Shown: piece by piece, positions 53,817-64,000 of the stretch
Layout: each line of letters opens with the position of its first letter
How positions within the stretch are numbered: position 1 is the stretch's first letter
Source of the DNA: Eledone cirrhosa
Lineage: Eukaryota
Assembly: GCA_964016885.1 (NCBI GenBank)
Contig: OZ024755.1
Span: 4,402,001-4,466,000, forward strand
Direction: 5' to 3'
Length of the DNA stretch: 64,000 nucleotides
Notes under the pieces: generated by a model
What the model was told of the DNA's origin: nothing
Seen by the model: only the letters and a program-made list of their open reading frames with translations
Databases searched by the model: none
Translations under genes and position numbers: made by a program

Positions 53817-56800
53817 ATATGACATATTTGGACCAGGTTGACACCATAGATTGTCAGTAGTTTTGTTATTCACTGACAGAGAAATGTAGATTTAATTATA
53901 AGGGCAGCACCTGATGTTTACTCACATTCCATTCATCTGAGTTGAAAGCCTGTCTTACATATGATCTTGTCTCTTTATTAATGAACAGTTCTTTCTGTCT
54001 GTTTGTGTCTCTTCATCTGTCTGTGTCTCTCCATCTGTCTGTCAGTCTCTTTACATACAAGCCAGCCTACTTACAACCCTGTCTGTCTACTTACATATCT
54101 ATTTGTCTCTTTAAACCTTTTCATCTCCATATGTATCACGACACTACCTATGGCTATGATATCATTTTGAAAATAATTAAGAATTTGGAGGGATTACTTA
54201 GTAACATAACAGACTTTGTTATTAAATAGTGTTTGGAACAAAGGTTCTTACATAAAATTATGACGGAGGGTTTTTAGATAAATATAGACACTTTAAAATA
54301 AGCAATTTTGTATTGTAGAACAATCTTTATAAAATATACATAAAATGAAAAAAAAACAAACAAAAAAAATGCTTTTCTCACCATATAATTTACTGAAATA
54401 ACATCTAATACTTACCATATTTCTTGGCCAAGAAGCGGGCAATAGCTATACTCTGGCTGTAGGGTTTATTATCTATGAAGAGTACAGGAAGGGCTTTTGA
54501 GGGTGTACCTGAAAAAAAAAAAAAAATATTAGACATTGAAAAGAAAGAAAAGGAATTGAAAAACAATGTTTCCATTGGTCTTGCCATTACAGATACTGTG
54601 TCACAACTCCTGCTAGAAAGAAAGGAGCTGATTATCATTGTCGGTTGTGTGTAGAAAAATAATTATTTCTGACAAGGGGCGTAACTTTATCTTCCTTTAG
54701 TGTTGCAAGTTGTGACATATCTTTAGATATCCGAAACACCCCCACCTCACACACACACACACACACCCACAGCTATGTTGAAGCTAAATTTTATATATAT
54801 ATATACATATACACACACACACATATGCGCATACACATATGTGTGTGTGTGTATATCTATCTATCTATATATATATATATAGGAAAAAGTATGACCCCGA
54901 CGGCAGAGCTCAAGCCGTTTCGACGGCTATTTCTGGACATATATATACACATATATGTGTATGCGCATAGAATATTAAATAAAAAACTGAAAAATAGTGA
55001 CCCAAAACGGGAAGATTTTACATAATGAAAGCTATACCCATTTTCACAAGAGAAGACATCTCCCACCCACTTTGAGGTGTGTGGGAGACGTCTCCCTCGG
55101 ACGAGGAGAGTTGACAGGTCTGTCTTGCAATCATGAGACTCCCAGTTCAATCTTTTTGTGTAGCATCTTGGGGAAAATGTTTACCATAGCTTCACGTCGA
55201 CCCAAGCCTTACGAGTGAAATTAAGCAGACCGAAACTACGTGGAAGCCTGTCAGTTGGATTTGTACATATAATTCAAATGTCTCGCCTTATGACATGCTT
55301 ATTCTGGTTTAAAAAAAAAAAAATAAAAATAAAAAAAAATCAGCGATGACAACCTAAAATAATTATCGATTTTCCGGAGTACATGATTTGAAATGATAAC
55401 TAAATATGTTACTATTGATTTGAGAAAGGTACAATGTCTCAAGTTGTAAACTATAATCGATTCCATTGATCTCAGTAGAGAACACTTTGACCTGTAATTT
55501 ATTTATCGATCTAGAAAGATCGTTGGGTTGATTAAAGATTAAACTATAAGATCAAAATAGCTGCTAAATCTCCCATAACTCTTTAGCATTTAAACCGGCC
55601 AGAACTCTCACCTCTTTCAGTTCAAACTGGCCATAACTGGCCACTCATACTGATAAGGTATTGTTCTCAAAATAAATAATATCAACATCTCAGATTAGAT
55701 ATTATGCAAGATAATATGTAAGATAAAGCCTTTACCACAAAAATACAATAGTAAATATAGAGTAATGTAAATGCTAAAGGGTTAAATTACACTATACCGT
55801 CTTAAACACAAGAAAGACATTAAATAATATATTCTCATATAACCTTTAAAAAGACAGGATGGTCACGATTAGAATGTTTTTGGCCAAAGGTCTGCTCGAT
55901 TAGAGATGACATGGGGTTAAACACCAACTTATGTTAACATATTGCTCTGTTATCTAATCTAGGCTGGGTAGTTTCATTTCACGTACAGGGATTCAACCAG
56001 CTCTATCACCACCCACCTAAATTCTTCTTTCGATCGAAGGACAACCAAATAAAGGGAGAAGTAGAGTTTCAGGCCTTTCTCAGTTACAAATCCTTTCATT
56101 TTTTGCGACATTAGGCCGACCAACAACTCACGGTGACCATTTTTATAAATGTCAGCTGTATGTCATGGAAGCTTCGTATCAGAATACAAAGGTTGTTTCC
56201 CGTTGCTTTCTTTCGATTATGTTTTTTACGAATCCATAACAGTGGCAACATCTGGCGTCTTGGGTCCCTGAACAACTTCCAGCAGAATCAGTAGAGCATC
56301 AGACACCATGCTTTGCAGCATAGTTATGGCCCTTTCCATTCTGAGTTCAAATCCCGCCGAGGTTAACTTTGCCTTTCATTCTTACGAGGTCGATAACAAA
56401 GTACCAGTAATGCACTGGGGTAATCGCTGGCCTTGTGCCAAAAGTAGAAACTCTATTTACTACGATCAGGACAGAGATGATCATACGTAGTACAGAGTGT
56501 TTGGTTCTTGCATTGCATTCTTCTCGCTAACCCCATGGGGTAACATCTTCACAATTCTGTTCTCTGGAATCACGAGGCTACATATATCAGATGTTTTGCC
56601 ATGAATACGAGTCCCTCCCTCACCCTTCTTTAAAAAGACGTTGGGGTGTGATTTGAGGGAGATATGACACTGCAGCTTCGAGCAGGGCTTAGAAAATTGG
56701 ATTCGCAACCACGAGGTTGCATGTTCGATTTCTAGACCGGGAAATGCGTTGTTTCCTTGGTCCGATTGAGGTCTGGGATCTTGTTGATCAAATCGATCGA

Positions 56801-58458
56801 ACGATTGATTTCGAGCACAGATGGTAGTCATGTAGGGGACTCTCTCGTTAGTTCGTGTCTATCCTAGTATTGGGGAAAGAGTGTGTAAATTAATCTTTTA
56901 CTGGTGGATTCGATACAATTCTGACGACCACTCTATTTCTCCAAGAACCCTGAAGATTTTAGGAGAGGGGCCAGGTGAGGGGGGACACCCCCCTATATTT
57001 ATCGGGCCTACCTCCTTCAGGGTCCAAGTAAGGAACCTCATAACCTAACTAGCACAGGGCCTCATTTGTCCTAAATCCAGCACTGGGTCAACGATACTAA
57101 TGAATTAGGCAGTGGATTGGCAGAATTGTTAAAGTGTCACAGAAAATACCTTGTGGTATTTAATAACGCCCATATATGATTTGAGATGAGATATTGCCGC
57201 GACCAACATTACCCGTCATCTTTCAGAATTGTTAAAATGAAATACCAGAGAAATACTCGGGTCATTTTGAAATTCTTATAAAGCATCACAGATGTAAATG
57301 GAATTATATGTGAATGCCAAACCTCTGACAACTATAGCCACGATATAAATGTATGTTTGAATAAGGAGAGTTTAAGTAGAGATAGGGGTGGGGTAGGGTA
57401 AAGCAAAAAAACAAAACAAGACAAAACAAAACAATTTGCTACTGAAACAACCGGTCGCCGTTGAGACCTCAGGCGTCCTCGGACCCCGTACTGCCGAGCA
57501 CCTCCGTAAAATCAGAACATCAGCAGTCTGTCTGGGGTAGGAGGCCCGCGGGGTGGCGTGGCTGTTGCAGTGGTTATCGCTGGTCATTGTCCCCAGAAAT
57601 GTCTTTGCAGTCTTGTCCGCAGGGTGCAGCCACAAAACCACCGCGTCCTAGGTCTATAGCCCATCACCTTCCCCCTTACCCCTCTCATTCTTCTGTGACA
57701 CCAGAGCCATTGCATTTTCCTTCATTTTCCGTTTTTAACCATTTAGCATTTAAACCGGCCGTATCCAGCCAGAATTCTCTCATCTCTTTCTGTTCAAACC
57801 GGCTCTAACTGGCACCTCATACCGACTTTAAGGTATTGTTCTCAAAATATATAATATCAAAATCTCATAGATTCGATATTATACGAGATAATTATGTGAG
57901 GTAAAACCTATACCACGAAAATGCAATAGTAAACCTTTGCAGGTTTAGCTGGCCTCCTCCAAGGTATATCTCGTTGGAGGGGTCTTGGGTAATTTAACGA
58001 TAGGAACCCCAGTCCTATCATCTCATTACTACAGCTGAGTAAACTGGAGTAACGTGAAATAAAGTGTCTTGCTCAAAGAAACAACACATCACCCGGTCCG
58101 AGAATAGAACTCACAACCTTTTGATTGCAAGCCCAATGCTCTAACCAGTAAACCATGCGCCTTCACAATAGTAAATATAGAGTAATGTAAATGGTAAAGG
58201 GTTAAATATCTGTAATATTGTTGATATTTGAAATAAATTTGTACACGGCAAATATTCATACATACATTTAGGTTGGACTAAATCAAAACTAAATTATAAA
58301 TTTTAAGAGTAACACGTCTACTTACTTTCCTTGAGTTCAGCCCATTCTGAAAACTCATATCTGGTGTCTTTAAATTCCTGACCAGCAATCGCTAAAGTGA
58401 GACGGACGATTTCTCCTCGGCCTTTCACATTGAAATATTTTAATTCGTAGACTGGCAT
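50568..58458 (-). CDS. Sigma-class glutathione S-transferase (GST/S-crystallin family, short-loop type), 201 aa. Exons 58458-58326, 54508-54416, 52420-52308, 51680-51579, 50732-50568
   Basis: GT-AG introns with phases 1,1,0,0; 606 nt in frame: MPVYELKYFNVKGRGEIVRL...PSKALPVL...YSQSIAIARFLAKKY...IDEVIDCLLD...FVGDKVSLADIACF...FPKL...RPVTDF*. The catalytic Tyr is present, and there is no long S-crystallin insert. Confidence 0.92.
51130..51342. repeat. 45-bp tandem repeat (~4.7 copies) of a SINE 5' head
   Basis: Unit tgtccgaccctctaccgatactgccaatccaccaccctagcatgg. Confidence 0.9.
51790..52292. repeat. 30-bp minisatellite (~17 copies) filling most of GST intron 3
   Basis: tgtgatgtatggaaggatcaaag(g/t)..tata recurs every 30 nt. 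Confidence 0.9.
53553..53757 (-). mobile_element. Foldback element with a near-perfect hairpin and a hammerhead-like core
   Basis: Arms of ~67 bp (53621-53687, 53691-53757), 3-nt loop, one mismatch. Contains CTGATGA-t-ttc(taaa)gaa-t-GAAA. Confidence 0.7.
57451..57615 (+). mobile_element. CRE-clade-like non-LTR retrotransposon fragment (restriction-like endonuclease C-terminus)
   Basis: Translates PVAVETSGVLGPRTAEHLRKI...*EARGVAWLLQWLSLVIVPRNVFAVL, resembling the P.AVET.G..G...LFQRLS.AI.RGNA motif; GC-rich island. Confidence 0.6.
57934..58165 (-). mobile_element. Full-length CORE-type SINE nested in a piggyBac-like MITE
   Basis: Close match to 13643-13863; 10-bp TSD caatagtaaa at 57924-57933 and 58166-58175. 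Confidence 0.85.
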
Positions 58459-59338
58459 GGTTAATCTAAGTTATGAGAAAGATAAAATATCTGGGAAAGA
58501 CGGCTGTGAGATACGTTGACTGATGTCAAATGGTTTGTTAGACTTTTTGTGGGTTAGTAAGCCTTATATATATATTATATTATATACCTCCCCCTCCTCA
58601 TTCATATGCAAATGTATACACACACACATATGGGAATACATACAGAGATGAAACTCCCACTATCACAACCACCCTTTCCCTACCATCAATGTGTGATCAG
58701 CTTTCCGTCTCTCTCTCACATTATACACCTTTTACCACTACCACCACCACCCCTATCAACAATACCCTCTTACCACACTTGCTACCCTCATTGTCAGCCT
58801 TGTGTTATCAGTTGGCAGGGCAGTTTTCTTTGGTATACTCACACACACACACACACACATATACACACATATACACACAGAGGATGACAGAGTGGAAAGA
58901 GAACTGATAACGACAATGATTATGACGATGATGTTGATGACGATGATGATATGGCGATGATGATATGGCGATGATGATGATGTCGATGACAATGCAAAAA
59001 ATTACATCAATGATGACAATATAGATCACTTTTATAGATCACTTACAAATATAACACTCCTGTCTCTCTCTCCCTCTCTCTCTTTCTATATACACACACA
59101 CACATGTATACATATCACTTGGGTCTTCTCTAGTGCTCATTTATCCACACACACACACATTCATACGACCTCCATCCCTCACCTAACCACCACCCACACA
59201 ATGACAGAGTTAGGTACGGCTGCTCCAGTGTATTGAAATAACCTATATATTATTTTTTTTTACTTCATACAGCGCAACCAAATATTTTGCTAACTCATAG
59301 CTGACTTAATTCACTCTATAGAGTTTGACTATCCCCAA

Positions 59339-59686
59339 CAATATTAAGGGCTGACCCCTTTTTAATTTAACTGAGTTCTAATTCTGGTTTATACCCCCAA
59401 AACGTATGCCTGTCCCCTTTCTGTGTGCTATACCCAAAACAATATTAAGGCCTGACCCCTTTTTACATTCAATGAGTTCTAATTCTGGTTTATACCCCCA
59501 AAACGTATGTCTATCCCCATTCTGTGTGCTATACCCAAAACAATATTAAAGCCTGACCCCTTTTTACATTTAATGAGTTCTAATTCTGGTTTATAACCTC
59601 AAAACGTATGTCTGTCCCCTTTCTGTGTGCTATACCAAAAACAATATTAAAGCCTGACCCCTTTTTACATTCAATGAGTTCAATTC
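59339..59686. repeat. 101-bp tandem repeat (~3.4 copies)
   Basis: caatattaa..ctgacccc starts at 59339, 59440, 59541 and 59642. Confidence 0.9.
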
Positions 59687-59904
59687 TTGTTGAGATTGAT
59701 ATTGTGTTTCATCCCTTTGGATAGAATATTTTGCTTTATTTGTTGCAGCTCTCCCTGCTTTCTCTGTTCAAATCCAGCCGAGGTCAACTTTGTCTTTCAT
59801 CCATTCGGGGTCGATAAAAAAAGTACCAGTGAAGTACTAGGTCGATTCTTCCTCTATATCTTTCTTAATTCCATTCTCTCACTTTATCCTAGCGCCGTCT
59901 AAAG

Positions 59905-60613
59905 CAGGCATGTCAAACATGAGGCCTGCGGGCCACATGCGGCCCTTTGCAAGCACACCTGTGGCCCGCACAAAGGTTTTTACAGCGCGAGCATGTTTTA
60001 TCTTCGTAATATAAAATAAAAAACAAATTAGTTGTAATGTGTGGCCCTCAGACAACACATATGTGACACATGTGGCCCTCAGACAACACATATGTGACAC
60101 ATGTGGCCCTCAGACAACACGCATGTGACACATGTAGCCCTCAGACAACACATACGACCCATGTAGCCCTCAGACAACACATATGTGACACATGTGGCCC
60201 TCAGACAACACATATGTGACACATGTGGCCCTCAGACAACACGCATGTGACACATGTGGCCCCCAGACAACACGCATGTGACCCATGTAGCCCTCAGACA
60301 ACACATATGTGACACATGTGGCCCTCAGACAACACGCATGTGACCCATGTGGCCCTCAGAAAACACATATGTGACACATGTGGCCCTCAGACAACACGCA
60401 TGTGACCCATGTGGCCCTCAGACAACACATATGTGACACATGTGGCCCTCATACAACACCCATGTGGCCCTCAGACAACACACATGTGACACAAGTGGCC
60501 CTCAGACAACACATATGTGACACATGTGGCCCTCAGACAACACGCATGTGACCCATGTAGCCCTCAGACAACACACATGTGACCCTCGAGGGATCCTCAG
60601 TTTGACATGCCTC
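59905..60613. mobile_element. hAT (Charlie-like) MITE expanded by an internal 31-bp tandem array (60039-60590)
   Basis: TIRs CAGGCATGTCAAAC / GTTTGACATGCCTC; flanks gtctaaag / gtctagaa (6 of 8 match); unit gtggccctcagacaacacatatgtgacacat. Confidence 0.8.
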
Positions 60614-60683
60614 GTCTAGAAGATTCCCAAAACTATATATTTTCGCTTGTTTCAAATTCCACAGAGAGCAGGGTGAGGGAAGC

Positions 60684-60724
60684 ACTGTTCTGATGACGGC
60701 CTCAACCAAAAACTCGTTGGCAGT
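60684..60724 (+). ncRNA. Degenerate hammerhead motif
   Basis: actgtt-CTGATGA-c-gg(cctcaa)cc-aaaaac-tc-GTT-ggcagt. Stem I pairs, but G12 is missing. Confidence 0.45.
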
Positions 60725-62092
60725 TGTCACCTCCCCCACCGTGCTGTTTCTGCTGGAATCCACTATTTTCATTTAGTTGATATATACTATAAACATATAA
60801 GTCAAAACTATATGAGTCCTAATGATAGGGGCTAGATACAAAATAAATATACAAATAAAAGAAAATGAATTGTTTGCGAAACTTATAGATGCCCAATATT
60901 AAAAATATATTATAAATGTAATAGGGTTTTAATATAGTATACAAAAGATTCATCTAAAATATTTTAGCGAATGTGATATAAAGAGGAGCTAAATATTTGA
61001 AAAAGCCGAAGGTAATCTAAATTTAATTAAAATAAAATAAAATAAGTTAAATTAAATTATATTATATTAAATAAAAATCATTATATAAGTTCGAACTTCC
61101 AGGGAAAATCAAACACTTATAACAATATAGAGTCATTTGAGTGTCTAAATTATTTATAGATGTAACTACGATTATGTTATTACACTAGATAAAGATATTA
61201 GTACAACTATATAGAGATATTATTATAGGTATTAATGAAACGGTATACATTTAATAAATAAAAAAAATTATCATCATTATTAGTAATGCTATAATTGTAG
61301 TTTAACCTCCAGTTCAGTGGAGAGATAGACCAATATTTGTCGGCTATTATGGTTTGTTATATTTATACCTAGATATATATAACAAAAATATAGATGCAAA
61401 TCTAACTTTCTGAGTCCCCCAAAACACACTCAAAATGAGTAAAATATGTAAAATATGCAAACGTAAATTTACAAGTTAAATATCCAAATTATATATTTAA
61501 AACAGAGACAGATAAATAAAGATATGAATCAAAATTATAAATATCAAAAAAAAATCATAAGGTATGCATATTTATCAAGTAAACAAGTTATCAAAAGAGT
61601 ATCCTTCATTCTAACATTAATTCTATCATAAATGATTAGAAGATAATGCATTATTTAAAGTTTTATAAACCGTTATGACTTTTTAGGCCCAACAGTTGAT
61701 AAGAGACGTCAAAAAATTAAGGCCTGATTGTTTAGTGTTTTTTCCTGACTTTTTGGGAGGCTTGGAATGTAGACAAAGCTTTATGAAGGCAGTTTGAGAA
61801 TAATTGACTTTTTTTGTTAATTAAGTTTTCATAATTAGTAATTATTAATAGGGTTTCCTTTGTGCACAGGTTGCAGTTAATTGATATAGATGAGTTCGTA
61901 TATATTTTACTATTACAAAGCTTCGTCCAAAAGATCGAGTATTTTAAATTTTTGTCTTTTAATGACCATATAAGTTGTGATAAAGAAGTCGAAGACTTCC
62001 TATTAAAATTCGAAAATGAGCATTTGTGATTCGCAAATCTCGATTTAAATGTCGAAGAAGTTGCCCCTATGTAGTTGTATGTGTTGTTATTT

Positions 62093-62150
<58 letters not shown>

Positions 62151-62303
62151 ATATATATCAGGTATTAAATTAACAATGAAAATAATAACAAAATCGATTT
62201 ATTTTACCTATTCATATCATTGTTTTACAATCGTTTCGGAGGATTGATCATATTGAGTTCTATCTATGGTACAGACCCTACCAACAAGGGTAGACCACAC
62301 TGA

Positions 62304-62355
<52 letters not shown>

Positions 62356-62378
62356 AATATATATATATAAATAAATAT

Positions 62379-62569
<191 letters not shown>

Positions 62570-62570
62570 T

Positions 62571-63165
62571 ATAAATCAAGAAAGAAGAGTGACACGGTTT
62601 GCTATACAATAAGGGCTTTAATCACATTGCTGACAATTGTTTCTCTGAACTGGTAGGTCTAGAGATCGCTACCCACCTGTTTCTGCGTCAATCGATCACC
62701 AATACATAATTATAACCAGTCAATTCATCAGTGGCATTAAATCAGAACAATAATAACAATGTTATTATTGTTCTGATTTAATGCCACTACTATATATAGA
62801 AGCCATGCCTGTGTATTCCCTTCATTCTCGCATGCTCTGATCAATTGACTGGTTATAACTATGTATTGGTGATCGATTGACGCAGAAATAGGCGGGTATC
62901 GATCTCTAGACCTACCAGTTCAGAGAAACAATTGTCAGCAATGAGATTAAAGCCCTTATTGTATAGCAAACCGTGTCACTCTTCTTTCTTGATTTATTAT
63001 TACTCCAAGTGTAAACTACATAGAAATCACCGCGTACTCACAGCATCACTATGGAAACGCCTTGTTGAGTCAAACTTAGCCAAGCGTTGATACTATCCAC
63101 TACTCGGAGTACCCTAACTGGACTACATCTAAGTGGACTACCTATAACAGTAATTTGTTATCCAG
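62571..63165 (+). mobile_element. Large foldback element in (TA)n with a nested hairpin and a long-stem-II hammerhead-like fold
   Basis: Arms 62571-62729 and 62837-62997, inner perfect hairpin 62730-62788, tail 62998-63165 homologous to 8728-8888. Confidence 0.7.
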
Positions 63166-63169
63166 TATA

Positions 63170-63203
<34 letters not shown>

Positions 63204-64000
63204 CATACGGTTGATATGGGTGCAATTCAGTTGAAGCACTCAACATCATGTTACTTCTTCAAAATAAGGATGATGGAATATAATTAGAATTATGAAAATG
63301 TGACGTGTTAGATGTTAAAAAGTCCTTTATTGATAAACCTATGATACATATTTCAATGACAATCTTAGTCACTTGATTATTTAACCCTTATCGTGATTTC
63401 ACCAGACAGCAAAATTGAGTTAAAGATTACGTTTCCAAGGCAATCATTCTTTTAGTCCATACCCTCAAAAACCTAACCTTTTATCCAATATTGCTGTCTG
63501 ATGAAATCCCAACATTGATCATCATTGAAATATGAATCTAAAGTCTGTCTTAAGCCAGAAGGCTCATTTGGCCGGTGCTTATCCCGGTTTCATGGCGTGA
63601 AGTGACTGAGTGTACAAGACTCCCCCCTGGACAGGACGCCAGTCCATCACAGGGTTAAACCTCCAACTATTGCTGGTACTCATTTTCAGCTGAGTATACT
63701 GGAGCAACGTGAAATGAAGTGTTTTGCTCAAGAAAATACCACGCAACCCAGGAATCGAGCCCACAACATTATGATCGTAAGTCCAACACTCTTACCACTA
63801 GGCCATGTGCCTCTACGAAATATAAATCATAGCTTTATTAATAAAGAACTTTTTAACATCTACAACTTCACATTTTCCTCTATATAAATATATACATATA
63901 TGTGTGTGTGTTCTCAGTTAAGAAAATATAGGCGGATAAAAAGGGAAACAAATGGTCTGTGTTTTGGCTTTCTCTTTAGAGTAAAAGAAACAACAGACAT

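Noticed and set aside
60780-62000. AT-rich region that might be a decayed ORF
   Set aside because: No sustained reading frame or recognisable domain.

Overview
AT-rich, repeat-dense eukaryotic DNA, most likely from a coleoid cephalopod (Octopus-like). This is inferred from the tandem cluster of C2H2 zinc-finger genes without an effector domain, the sigma-class GST genes, tRNA-derived SINEs and long (TA)n tracts. Genes: the 3' part of an unidentified multi-exon gene (+, 141-14136); six C2H2-ZNF genes with one coding exon each (15.1-41.8 kb); one intact 5-exon sigma-class GST (-, 50568-58458); and a paralog with three splice or frame lesions (-, 43014-48139). The most unusual signal is non-coding. 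At least five families of short foldback elements (an inverted segment plus a unique tail) sit in (TA)n tracts. Several carry hammerhead-ribozyme cores, one canonical and one with a stem II of about 80 nt, which suggests Penelope-like retroelement 3' ends. Other findings: a ~570-bp palindrome forming the shared head-to-head start region of two ZNF genes, a chimeric ZNF paralog, a 3'UTR hairpin conserved in four ZNF genes, and a 41-bp intronic minisatellite with a perfect CRE site in nearly every unit. Most short ORFs in the track are microsatellite or repeat artefacts. All alignments and folds were done by eye.
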